36,449 nt of DNA, from the NCBI GenBank assembly GCA_000320545.1, contig ADNK01000319.1, positions 1 through 36,449 on the forward strand, read 5' to 3'. Source of the DNA: Bigelowiella natans CCMP2755 (Eukaryota; Protista; Cercozoa). Position 1 is the stretch's first letter. The number at the start of each line of letters is the position of its first letter. Of the stretch, positions 23,897 to 36,413 are shown in pieces. A program made the translations under genes and the position numbers. The notes under the pieces are model-generated. The model did no database searches, had not been told where the DNA came from, and worked only from the letters and a program-made list of their open reading frames with translations.

Positions 23897-24523
23897 CTTA
23901 ACGGTCGTAACGAGACTTGCATTGCACTGAGCTACAGCTGATGAAGAGCATCGCAGGGAAGAGTTCTTTTGCCGAATTCGAAGTATCTAGTTTTGTCGCG
24001 CGCGCGCGTACGTGTACTGTGCACATGTGTCTCTTCATAATGGCGTTCGATGAGTCGCATGCGCGATGTGCATTGCCGTGACTAGTCGTGACACACATAT
24101 GGAGGACGCATAGCAGTCAGCAGCAAGCTGGATGCCTTTCTAGCTTTGCGCATTATTGAAAATTGCTTCTGTCTTTTGCCAATCTTCAAACAACGACGAC
24201 AAATGTCTACATGCAAGCAATGTACAATTTGTACGCGCAATGCGAAAGAGAGCAACATATCTGAGATAAATATAATGATTGTTTAATCATAATGCCGAAT
24301 GGATAGAGACGACGAAAATAAGCGACTAACTTCAGAACAAAAACAGACTGTGCGCGCAGCACGACAAGGGTGACCCAATGACAATGTATTCACATGTATG
24401 ATCGGTATATTTAATAGTGGACAAAATAAGTACTTAAGCAATGTAGCCAAAGCATTGCAAAGCTACATTAGGATGACAATTGAAAAAGTTTCATACATTC
24501 ATTACATCCGTCTCAAATAACGC

Positions 24524-25891
24524 TTAGTCTGTGACATTCTTCGCACTCGGCATAATGCGAACCGCAACGATTACAGTTATCGCAGAGAGAATGTAGCCCC
24601 ATTTCATAATCTCCTCCATTTCCAGCGGCACTCCGAATACGGTGAAGCTGCATGCATGGTCCTTGAAATGTCTCATAAGTAGGATCACATTCTCACATTT
24701 GGAGTCCCAAGCATGCATGAATCTCCCCTGTTGGCCGCCGTCGTCTTCATCCCCAAAATTTGTTATCTGTAGGCTGGAACCGAGCTGTCCCCGCAAAGAA
24801 CCAGTTTGGGCCATTCTTTCTCGAATGTAGCGATAGGGCTGTCGGAAATCAGTGCTGACCTTTGCCCCGAAGAAAATGATCAGCATGCCCAAGATCCAGT
24901 TTACAACGAAGTCGAACGTCAATATGGGTACTCGCCAGGATAGGTATTCCATGTACAAGCCGAAGAGGATTAAGAAAAAGGACAACATCGTAAAGACGAT
25001 GAAGGACCCGACCGTGGTCTGTAGTAGCCGAGATGACTCTTTCAGATAGCATGAATACCTTGCATATTCACGCACAATTTCAAGGGCAGCCTCATTGGTG
25101 CGAGTATGGGCAATCCCGTTGCGAATTCGCTGCCCAAGACTTGTAACCTCAATTATGCTCCCCGCAAGTACGATCATTAGAATTAGGAAGACAACGAAAA
25201 GTCCGTGGAGGCGATATGCAAAAGTCACGCTACCAAAGATCTTCAAGGCCAGATCTAAGCCTCTGGGTTCTCCAATAATTGTAAACTCAAATGCCTTCTC
25301 CACGCAACCTACGACGAGCGTTACCAAGGCGGAAACGAGGAGGAAGTTGTTGACTCGCCTCCTGTTTTGTTCTACATTCGCCCCATTTTGTTGTAACTGT
25401 GGAATAATTTTTCCATTTCCAAGGACAATGGAGGCGCGTTCTTGAAAGTGGGCACTAGAATCTGTGAGATAAGTCCTAGCACAATACCAGACGAAGGGGT
25501 AGATTACGTCTCCCGAGAGCACAATAATCGCCTCAGGCCCGTCCAGGTCATCGAAATAGCAGGAGAACAATACACCGCCGCACATGCTCAACCCAACAAA
25601 AATAGAATAGAGGCAGCTTGCTTGCTTGGCGTCCAGGGCATGGGCCCGGATACAGAGGCGCAGCAACTTGAATTCAGCCCAAAAGGCCGCAGATTGTTGA
25701 CACCCATCCTCTCCTGCCATATTTCGTTCGGAATTTCTTGAGGTTGGGGAAGAGAGCCATTCGGCTGCATTTTCACGGGTAGGTGGTCTAGCGGTGTGAA
25801 ATTTCTCATCCGAGATACGCATAGTCTTAACCAGAGGCTGCGAGCGCTCTTGGTCATCATCGTCCAGAACGGGAGAGCCGCCGCTGAACAT
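24524..25891 (-). CDS. 7-transmembrane gustatory-receptor-like protein (GRL / 7TMIC / DUF3537-like)
   Basis: Intronless 455-aa ORF with a soluble N-terminus, seven hydrophobic segments, long loops after TM4 and TM6, and a split TM7 ending FTVFGVPL..EIMKWGYILSAITVIVA, as in the Gr/GRL superfamily. Confidence 0.65.
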   Translation of the reverse strand: MFSGGSPVLDDDDQERSQPLVKTMRISDEKFHTARPPTRENAAEWLSSPTSRNSERNMAGEDGCQQSAAFWAEFKLLRLCIRAHALDAKQASCLYSIFVGLSMCGGVLFSCYFDDLDGPEAIIVLSGDVIYPFVWYCARTYLTDSSAHFQERASIVLGNGKIIPQLQQNGANVEQNRRRVNNFLLVSALVTLVVGCVEKAFEFTIIGEPRGLDLALKIFGSVTFAYRLHGLFVVFLILMIVLAGSIIEVTSLGQRIRNGIAHTRTNEAALEIVREYARYSCYLKESSRLLQTTVGSFIVFTMLSFFLILFGLYMEYLSWRVPILTFDFVVNWILGMLIIFFGAKVSTDFRQPYRYIRERMAQTGSLRGQLGSSLQITNFGDEDDGGQQGRFMHAWDSKCENVILLMRHFKDHACSFTVFGVPLEMEEIMKWGYILSAITVIVAVRIMPSAKNVTD

Positions 25892-26082
25892 CTCGAGCCG
25901 TGTGCCCTACTCGCGCGATTCCATGTCTGTTCTCTCTTCTTTCCACCAGCTGTCCCAAGCTCGAAGAAATAATACGAGTCGGTTACGTCAACTACCTGTG
26001 ACATTCCGGTCCAACGGCCTGGGTTACATCGCCTGCGACAACGATACTCTGCCCTGAGCCTTCCCGATCTCGCACCGAGTCC
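25892..26082. promoter_or_regulatory. Probable bidirectional promoter (7TM gene / RRM gene)
   Basis: About 190 bp, CpG-rich, between divergent ATGs. Positional inference only. Confidence 0.35.
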
Positions 26083-27891
26083 ATGCTCAGGCCAAAAACT
26101 GTGCTGGGAACATCTGGCAGAGATGTACGACGACCGACCGACGCTGTACAACGACCACGTTCCCCAATGACGTTCGGCGAATTGCGGCGTTATGACGATC
26201 TCGGAATCCGGAACCTAAAAACACCCTCTTTTTTGTTGGTTTTAATGCTTGTGTGGATTGTCGCATCGGTAAAATGGACATCGTTTCTTTCCCAATTTGT
26301 ACTTGGACTCCGATCGAATGGGCTCTCCGAACTCACAACTCACCAGCCCTGGCCAGCATTCGTTACCCACGTGCGGGCGTGTAGCTATCACACAGACGAT
26401 GGGCGATCAAAATGTAAAACAAAATTACCGGAAACATGATTGACACAACATTTGCGCTACGGTGTAGTCCCTCAAGTCACCTTCCCCAAAACTGGGAAGC
26501 GGGACACAAAGCATGCATCTCTGACCAACATTTGCCGCAGGGTAAGAACCGCAAATGGGGGCGAGCTCAAAACCGCAGCTCGAAGAGGCAGGAACGTAAG
26601 GTTCGTGATTTTCGAAGCTAATTGCTTCCATGCCTCCCCTCTTAAAAAAAACTCGTTTGCATACACCAATTCCGACGCTATTTGATGTTTCAGCAGCAGA
26701 ACGCGGTGGCGAAGGGCGCGACACAGAGCAGCAAAAACTCTTCAAGGAAGTATGTGCTGATGATTTGATGATTATCAATGCTGCTAGCCTGTTCTTTCTT
26801 TTGGCTAGCATTAGCATGAAGTGATTAGCTCCTCGATTCTGTTGTAGGCAACACAGCACAAAACGACGGAGAAACAGCAACCCCCCAGGCGGCAAGCGAA
26901 CTCAAAACAGCCCTATTCCGAGAGGAAAGGGACAGAGAAGGAAGAATGTAGGGAAATCAACAGGAACTCCGAGCAAGGGTGAGTGCTGTTTCAAACGAAT
27001 CCTCAGCGTCAGTGGAGGAAAACCCAAAAATAAGGGAACAACACTTTTTTTATCCATAGCATGAATGTACTGCGTATACGCCGAGTGCAAAATAATGGTT
27101 CATGGAGTGCTGGTAACAACGAGAATAATGTGGTGAAAATGCTCTTCTTCAGGAGCGGCCGACACATTCTGGAGAGCTCTCGGAAAGTTGGACGATATTA
27201 AGAATATCCAAGACGACGTCGATGCGGTGTTCGAAACGACCACTGCGCCACCGACATCGAGCAAGCCGCGTAAGAATAGTAGGGGAGGCACCGCAGCTGC
27301 GACATCGCTGATAGCCGGATTAGAGGATATCATGGACCAACACCACGGCATCAAGGTTACTGTGAAGAAGATAAAGCAGCGACGGGTGTGAAAACATTCG
27401 CGCTATGTTCAGGCAATGTCACTATGCAATGATCTCTTCATAAGCACCGCTTCTATTTCCGTACTCGTCCCCTCCCCCCCCTCTCCCCCCACCTGCAGGT
27501 CCCAAGAGAAAAGAAGAAGTGGAAGGAGGAGGTGATTCACCAGGCGAAAGCACAACAGGGAACTGATAGCGATGACGGTGGTGCTAGCGACGGTTGGGGC
27601 AACACGGACGATGACGGCGAAAACGGGGAAACGATGGAGCAGTCTGAGGAAGTGAATAATGATGATGAAGAAGATGAGGAGAGAGATGCGGGTGAGCACG
27701 ACGACTACGATGGTGGCAATGGTGTGGACAGTGATCAAGATGAGAAAGGCGAAGGAGGAGGAGAAGAAGAGGGAGGGCTTATCGGGGTCAACCGAACCGA
27801 TGGTGACGACGATGATATCTACGACAATGAGGAAAATGAGATAGGTAACTAAGAGGCACATGGTAGAGGAGGGAGGGGGGGGATAAGGGAG

Positions 27892-27928
<37 letters not shown>

Positions 27929-28247
27929 ATAGATCTATATATATATATGGGGGGAGGCAGGGTTCTCCTCACTTATCAATTTGAATATTATTAAAGTATA
28001 TAACAATTATGCAGATGGAGATGGTGAGGACAACGATGATGAAGGAGATCAAAGCGATAGCGATGCCGCTAGGGATTACGATGGTGATCATCAACCTGTT
28101 AACAGCTGTACACACACTAAAACTTCAAGGCATATCATCCCAACTCTACATTTTTAATCTCGTGATATTCGGTGTGTGTGTTTGGGGGGAGTGGGGGGGA
28201 CTTTGAGTAGAGAGGCTTCTATGCCAATATAACCACTCCGACGTCCA

Positions 28248-28294
<47 letters not shown>

Positions 28295-28831
28295 AACACA
28301 CTCATGCATACCATAGGTCTCGCAAAAGCCAACCGTGACAAGCCACAGAAACAGAAACAGCAGCAGCAGCAGCAGCAGCAGCGGCAGGAGCAATACGACT
28401 TTGAGATACCCGCTGGGTTGAGCTCCAAGCAGCGGCGCCTATTCATTCGCAACAGAAAGAGGAAACTGAAAAAAAAACAGAAGAAGCTGCAGGATCAGGC
28501 CTCACGTCAGGTTGGGCACTCGTTCGCTGACTGCCTCGTCGTTTGTGTGTGATTTTATATCGGAAATGATCTGACCTTCTTCCCGTCTCCACCTCTCTCT
28601 TCTTTTCCATCTCTTTCTCTCTTCGCTAGCTGTCTCCTCCTCCACCTCCTCCTATCCTCTATCTCCGTCATCCTGATCCATCTCATCATCCTGCTCGTCT
28701 TCTTCGCGTTGTGTTATTATTATTCAGGGTAATGAGACATGTATCGATGACTTACTCGACACACTTCCGGGCCCCGACCACCAAGGTGAAATGGATGAAG
28801 AGAGGGAGAGAGAGGGGGGGGTAGAGAGAGG

Positions 28832-28871
<40 letters not shown>

Positions 28872-30249
28872 GTGTGCAAGTAACCACATCGCTATTAATC
28901 TCTTCTCGTAGCCGCGTATTTTAGTACGAAATTGTAGCTAAGCACTCCACATTAAGCCCATATAAGGCCAAATGCGTCGCACGCACGCTCACGTGTATGC
29001 GTGTATGCATTTGACGATCCAAAATGCAAATAGGAAAGTTGCCGAAGCAGGAGAAGGAAGAGAAGCAGAAGAAGAGAAAGAAGAAGCAGCAGGAGAACGC
29101 CAAAAGTGCGAAAAACTCCAAAAGGGGGAGAGGGGATGCGGCAGGCCAAAAAGGCAGCGGCTCAGGCGCTGAAGATCAGCAAAAGAATTCAAGGAAGGGA
29201 CGCGGTGAAAAGAAACGAGAGGAAAATAAGAATCTTCCGGTGCTGTACATAGGAAATCTTCCATTCGAGTTGAATCGACAAGATCTGCTGAGTTTTCTCG
29301 GGGTAGTGAGTCAATAGACGAATCATGCAGCGTGATATAAATCTACAAACCTCCTGCCCCCGCCTCTGTCTCGCAAAGATCTTTCATTTCACATTTCTCG
29401 ATCTCCCTGAATACTATCTATCTCTCCCTACCATCGTCCGTATTTTGTTCTCATCGATCTTCTTCTTCTTCTTCTTCTTCTTCTTCTTCTACTTCTTCTT
29501 CTTGTTTTTCTTTCCATTTGCCTCCCTCTTTCTCCGCTGGAAGGTTGCAGAAGAGGAGCAGCACTGGACGCGAATCGTGGAGATTCAGAAGGGGGCGCAC
29601 AAGGGGTAGTTATAGACATAGTGTCTGCGTACATGTATGCGCGTAATGAACATCTGTACAGAGTAAGTAGAGGTAAAAACATTGGATGGATTTTCCCTCC
29701 TCTCCTAAATGTAACTCTCTCGCTCTCCTCTATCGATCTACGATGTTCCCCGCTGTTTGCTTGGCCCTCCTCCTCCTCCTCCTCCTCCTCCTCCTCCTCC
29801 TCCTCTGCGATGATCAGGCTGGGCAGGGGCTTTGCGTTCTGCCAGGTGAAGGAGAAAGGGCCATACCAACGGGCCCTTCAACGCGACACGGTAATTCGAT
29901 CGGATGGCTAAGTATAGAAACACCAAGCAACAGTCGCCATCACGTCATTCGTCTGAATGACACCGGTGAGGGGGCTCGATTGTAGTAGTATCAGGGTTTT
30001 TTGGTACGATTGAGAGGAAGGAACAGGGGGGTGGGGGGAGACCAGGATATGGGGATGACGATCTGCGCGATTGCATATACTCTGCCTAGCCCCCCCTGCC
30101 CCCCCCTCCCCTTCCCCTCCCCCCTCTCCGCCTCGTTCAATGAGACTTCTGCTTCTTCGTCTGTGCTTCCTGCTTCGACTGTCGTGATGTTTTGCAGATG
30201 GAGCTTGAAGGAAGGAGGATCACTGTCACCCCAGCAGCAAGGGATCCCG

Positions 30250-30284
<35 letters not shown>

Positions 30285-30429
30285 TGTAGTGCATACGAAA
30301 TGCCTACTACGGCAGACGAGGAGAGGGCGGTCACGATGTGGGGATGATGTGTGTTGATTTTTGCTAACAATGGACTATCCTCGTCTTGCTTTTCCTCCTC
30401 CCTATCCTCCTCATCCCCCCCTACCGTTC

Positions 30430-30467
<38 letters not shown>

Positions 30468-31256
30468 ATCTACAGACAAGAGGGTCAAGTGGGGTCAGAA
30501 GGAGAAGAAGCGGAAGAGACAGCAACTGCAGCAGCAGCTGAAGCAGAAGGAAGAGGGTAAAACGAAGAGGACGAACGCGAAGAGCGCGGCCAACAAGAGC
30601 AACAATACGGAGAGAGGGGAGGAGGAGGCGAACACTGGGAAGAATGCAACTGCGAAGAGGAAGATTACGAACAACAGGAACAAGGGAGTGGCGAAGAATG
30701 AGGAGAAGGGGAAAACGAGTACGACAACAACGACCACAGCAAAGGGCAAAAATAACCCAGATAAGCCAGCAGCAGGTAGTGAATAGATCATTTCTCGGTC
30801 GACAGAATCCCCCAACCCCCCCCCTTCCCCCCTTCCACTTGTTTCATTATCAAAATCTCATCTTTCTCCCCGTATTCCTTTCGCTAGTGGCGGGGCAGTT
30901 GCAGCAGCAGCCTAAGAGGAAGCGTATAAGGAAAAGGAAGCGCAGTAGAAAGTCGTCATCGTCGCCGGCAGTAGGCACGGTTCCTAGCTCATCCGGTACT
31001 GCTGTGATTGCTACCCCCTCTGCTGCCTCCCCCACCACAAGCTCCAAGAATTTACCACAAACGGGATCCAATACACAAGCTGCTTCTGGTGAGGAGAGGA
31101 GCTAACACAATGCTCGCATGCATGCGTGCACGCACTCATGGAGTAGTGCGGGGGTCAGAAGCATCTCGCTGACATGTTTTTACTCTTTTAAATTACGCAG
31201 GAAAGAGAAAGAGACGTAGAATACGGTCGAGGAGAAAGAGCGGGGGAAACGCCTAA
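26083..31256 (+). CDS. RRM RNA-binding protein with acidic and Lys/Arg-rich tracts (nucleolar RBM34/Nop6/nucleolin-like), with an N-terminal hydrophobic segment
   Basis: About 17 phase-consistent exons. RNP2 VLYIGNLPF (~29240), RNP1 GRGFAFCQV (~29822), MELEGRRITV; D/E-rich exon ~27500-27844; NLS-like basic runs; stop TAA 31254-31256. The 5' exons (26083-26541) are less certain. Confidence 0.75.
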
Positions 31257-32052
31257 TGGCTGCCTCCCCAGTGAAATGCATTCATGTTGGCGCTAGTTAT
31301 TATTTGTATGGATCGACCTGCGGAATCTACTTGTAGTATTATATGGCTTTCATTAGTAACAGCTAGTGAGCGCGGCGTGATGACGTACGTGCAATGTGTG
31401 TAAGTAAAGCTAGATGCTCACACTAGCAACGTACGTACGATGTATCCACGCGCAGACTATTTGTACAGCGGCAGCGCTACATTAGACATTGATGCATTCA
31501 AATGCATGAAGCACATAACAGCAGAGACAAATAGACAAAATATAATCCACTTTAGCGCTGTAGCCGCTATTTTACATTTAGGCGACCATATAATGATTAA
31601 TATTATAACTATAAGTTATGTGAATATCACTAAGTCACTGAACACATGTGTACTCGTGTACATGTCATCATTGTCTATATGTCTGCTGCAGCATGCTCCT
31701 TTTGTTGTGTGCAGCTGGTTAGATTTATACACATGCTTTGGCTTACATACTGCCACGTAGGCATGCGATGCAATGCATGTTGCGCGTCTAGGTGTGGTAG
31801 ATAGCACGGCTTTTGTTAGTCTTTGCGTTGTTATTGTACACACATCGCATTGGTTGCAGCCCGGCACGCGCATTAACACTCCAAACCAAGCTGAATAACC
31901 TCTTTGTGAGTTGGTCGTCTCGGTGATCATTCTGTTTTACTGCTTGGGAGCTTAGTCACGACGCACAGGACGTATACACATTGAATGAAGTATGATAAGA
32001 AAGATGGTCTTGAAGAAGGTGATTGCTAGTCAACATAGGCCCTGTATTTTCT

Positions 32053-32377
32053 TCAACTACTGTTATTCGCATCCTGCTTCTTTTCCTCTGCACCAACCTG
32101 TAGATTAGATGTACCATTACGCATTAACCACATTAACAAACAGATACCGAATGGGCAGGAGGGGGGGGCATTCTATTGCAGTGACACCTGTCACATTACC
32201 CTTATCATCGCTTATCTTTTTAAATATTTATGCTAGCTGCTTCGAGCGAGCTATTATAGCAAAGCTGCATGACGAGGAACCTGCTCAGCGGTGGGCTGCT
32301 TATCCCCACCCTGCTCATTCTGATTGCCACCGGCAGATGATGATGCGTTATTTGGGTCAGGGAAATCCTATTCAACG

Positions 32378-32426
<49 letters not shown>

Positions 32427-32429
32427 CGA

Positions 32430-32465
<36 letters not shown>

Positions 32466-33331
32466 TGGGTTGAGAGACAAAGTGGGGAGAGCACATTAAA
32501 TAAGCACAATAATATTAGATATCATCATCATCATCATTTACCCCAGCGTACTCCCGTATTTTCCTTGCCATAAGCGCCGCCAACTTCTTAACTTCAGGGT
32601 CTTTGCAGTTCTCGACGTTGGCACCTGCGCTCATAAACTGCGCCATCTTTTCCATCATTCCCGGCTTCAGCATTACTCCTGGCAACAATGAACAACACCG
32701 CGCATGATCGGCACGACGCCCGCAAACAAAAAGGAAGGACTATTGCAAGATTATCGCAAAACAAGATAACATCGATGGCGATGAGTATTAGCAACAACGC
32801 TCAGCACCTTGGATCTCGGGGTCCGCTATTATTTTCTAGGAAAAACAGCATGGAGTGAGGGAGAGAGGGTTAGGGAAAATGGACTTTAAAAGGAAGGGGC
32901 AAGAAGGAACGGTGTGTGGACATTTGGTATGGTGCGTATTCACGGATGATTTCCCCGAAATTAAGTACGCAACATCATCATATTCATTGCCATCGTGGTA
33001 AACTCCGTCACATCGTTTTGCCGCATACAACCGAGAATTGATCGATGAGTTCAGGGTGCCTTTTGAAGCGCTCGGAGAGCTCTGAGTTACTGCCTCCAAC
33101 AACGCTATCCAGCGCCGACTTCGCTGCATTCGCGTCGAACCCCCCTCGAAGCCGCACGGCGAGATCAAATGATGATAAAGATGATCGGCCTGGGTTAGAC
33201 CTCCGAAGTGGTATTATTGCCGCACTAACCGATGCTGAAGTTTGGGTGCTCGAGATAGCTAGAAGGGACACGAGGAAGAGGGCGGCGAGGAGAACTGCCG
33301 CATAGGTCACGATGATCGTCGGGCGCCGCAT
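32053..33331 (-). CDS. Small STI1/HOP DP-domain protein with signal peptide and RLRGG motif
   Basis: Exon 33331-33029 (signal peptide, Ser-rich linker, AVRLRGG), then KIIADPEIQ-GVMLKPGMMEKMAQFMSAGANVENCKDPEVKKLAALMARKI (two DP motifs, Met-rich, STI1-like). Probable last exon 32097-32053, VGAEEKKQDANNSS*. Confidence 0.65.
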
Positions 33332-33624
33332 TTTTGGGGGTTGAGCGAGAATATCCCGAAGGCTGGAAATAAGACCTAATTTTCAATGAAATGCCAAAAG
33401 TTTCGTGAATGCAGCACAATTCATCATGGTGTCTCGAATATTACCTGCCGTTGTAGGAAAATGGCTAATTTCAACTTTCCAGAGCTGAAAATATGTGTAG
33501 GGATTTAAGTAGTCTTCGGGGTGGAAAAGTGCCTTACTCAAATATTCTTAGTCTTTGCTTACAACAAATACAACAAAACAGAGTACCACGATCGGGACAG
33601 GCATCAAGCTGGTGCCTCCTCCTC
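33332..33624. promoter_or_regulatory. Probable bidirectional promoter (STI1-domain gene / SpoU gene)
   Basis: About 290 bp between two divergent genes that both encode signal peptides. Positional inference only. Confidence 0.45.
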
Positions 33625-34574
33625 ATGGGCTGGCCGCGGCTCTCTCTGCTCCTCCCAATGGCTGCAACGGCGCTCTTTCGTCTACCACAAAGGTTGTGAT
33701 GGATGATGCTCCAAATTTGTAGTGCGTCAGTCCGTGCTTGCTGCATGCGGCCCCCCCCTTCAGGACTCAAAGTAGCTTTGGGAAAGAGGGGGGGTCTACA
33801 TCCTCACCTTGATCGGAGCGCACATTGTTTTTGAGCAGAATCCATTTTCTTCCCCTCCCTTCCTAGGGTCTCACAGAGAGCTCCACAGAAGTTGGCATCA
33901 ATGATTTCCTTGCCGCCTCCCTCGTCGTACCTCGCCACATCATCGTCACCATCCTTGTTGACTGTGAGACTGCGGCAGAGGGTAGGCAGGGGAGGAAGAG
34001 ACGCTCGCTGCCACTCCTATGCGCATGATTCCAAGCGAGTTGTAGGATTTCGGCAAAGGATGGTCATGAGAAAGAGTCCCCTCTCCATGGATAGAAGGAT
34101 CTCTAGTCGCTGTCGCGTGGCCGACGGTGGCAGCTCGGAAAAGATACAGACACAAGAAGATATTATTACTTCGGTGAGGATAATGTAGTTAGATTGTTGA
34201 TCAGATTCTCCCTTTCTTTCTTGCCCACCATCGAAAAAAGCACTTGGCGTTGCAACACTCATCCTCGGCATGAATATCAAGAACAACCGAGCAACAGCCC
34301 TTTCCCACGCCCTTTTAAAGCATCACCCGTTTGCAAATAAAACATTTCATACGAACGTATGTGTCGGAGCCCTTACCCCTCCCCTTTTCCATTCTATTTT
34401 TTTCTTCTTCTTCTTTGTCTAACTCTCTCTCCCCCCCCGCATTGCTGTGACACCCTGGACATCAAAGCCCACGAATAAACTCGTGAAGCACTTGGTAAAG
34501 CTGCGAGACAGTCGGTCATATCGTGCAGAGATGGAACGGGTATACTACGTCTAATGCGATGGGATGTGTGCCTG

Positions 34575-34655
<81 letters not shown>

Positions 34656-35543
34656 ACCGCTTCTGTATCCTGTGCATGCATGTTTCATTCGTTCGCACGT
34701 GCCTGATGATCTTATCATCTGCTGCAGGTGCTGCTTGTTGGGAAAATCCCAGTTGAAGAGACGCTGCAGCAAGGTCACTGAGGAGTTGGGGAGTCGATGA
34801 TAATAAAGTTGATGATAGCGGCATTAATAATGATGGCAATGATGCCTGTTCCTTCATTCCCCCTCCTCTCATCATCAACGCTGATCTTCCCTTCATTCAA
34901 ACAGCAGCAGCATCATCGTCATCGTCGCCTTGTGAGGTGTACAGTCTCGTTGTCTCCGAAGAGTTCTTTTTGGAGAATCCAGATATAGCAGAGAAATACC
35001 AACCCCAGAGGTGTTCCTCCTCCATGCCCATAATTTCTTCTCGAGAAAATGGCAATTGAGAATAACAGAACGCATGTGAGGGGAAGGGCAGGAGGTTGTA
35101 TTGGTGATAGCTACCTCGGAATGAAATCACTCAGTTGTTAATGGGTAGTGAGGCATTATACGCTTTTCCAACCCCCCCCCTTCCCTCCCCTTCCTGATAT
35201 CTTCTTTCATCAGATTGGTTAGAGTGCCGAAGCACGTTCTCGAGAAAATTTCGGGGGTGCAGGTCTTTTGTAGCTACCCCCCCCTTCCCTTCTAATCCAT
35301 TGCTGTGGTCTTAGCCCCCCGTTTGTGTGCATGCACGTACCTGCGTCTATTCTAATATAATAGTAATAATAATGATGATAATAAATAGTCCGGTGGATCT
35401 TTGGACTTGGCAGCTGAGGTCTCCATACCAGCGAGATCGATGATGGAATCGAAGAAAGGCACTACTCAACTTTCTATCTAACTGCAGCAGCACCGCTGAG
35501 GCATAAGAACAACACACTAGTTCTTGCCCACCAAATACTATAT

Positions 35544-35594
<51 letters not shown>

Positions 35595-36379
35595 TAGTTA
35601 CTTATAAAGTACATATATCATTTGCTTATGTGTGTGTGTGTGTGTGTGTTTTATTTGTGTACCAGGGGGCATTATGAAGCGGCTTATCATTCTTGACGGC
35701 ATACAAGTAGTAGTGCATCTATACATGCCATCCAAATATAGTTTCACCTTTCCTATCCTCATCATTTCCCCCCCCCCCCAACCCCTCCAATCTGCCCCCC
35801 CCCCTAATCTCGGCAACAAAAAATCCCTCCCCCCCCCCCTTAAATTCGAGCGCAGGATCCTGGCAACCTTGGCACGCTATTACGAACTGCGCTCGGATTG
35901 GGGTGGGACGGGGCATTTCTCCTGAAAAATACGTGCGACCCTTTCAACCAAAAGGTGATTGATCGAAGAACTTCGGCAACAAACGTCGCCACCCTCCCAC
36001 CCCCCCCCCCCCACCCCCAGCAGCGGCCAGCTGTTACACTCACATAAGTTATATTCCTAATAAAACCGTTCCTCATTGTTCTCTTGGCCTCTCCCTCTCC
36101 ACATCCTATGCATAGGCAATCAGGGCCGCACGCGGTGCGTGCTTTCGACTCCCGCTGTATACGGAAGGATCTCTAGATGATCTCCAAGAGCTCCTTCGAG
36201 ACCACGACTTCACGGGTGAGTGTGTAGTGCCATCAGCACCGGCTATGTTTGGGAAATGTGACAAGTAATGCTGACAGCCCGTGCGACTAGGTGCCGAATG
36301 TTGGAGGAGACTACTGTATTTAGCGTTGTTTCTTTGTTGTTCTCAGTGATGGCTGCTGACCCCCATGCTCCGGTTTCCG
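33625..36379 (+). CDS. SpoU/TrmH-family (SPOUT) RNA 2'-O-methyltransferase, plastid-targeted; 3' partial
   Basis: The spliced product has a signal + Ser/Arg-rich transit peptide, then ITSPTNKLVKHLVKLR, VLLVGKIPV, VRVPKHVLEKISGVQ and SpoU motif 1 RLIILDGIQDPGNLGTLLRTA..LGWDGAFLL..TCDPFNQKAIRAARGACFRLP. It continues beyond the window end. Confidence 0.9.
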
Positions 36380-36413
36380 GTACGATGCGATACGAGTGCA
36401 GGGAGAAAGAGAG

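Noticed and set aside
33534-34530. Minus-strand multi-exon gene
   Set aside because: Phases are inconsistent, and the plus strand gives a coherent SpoU gene.
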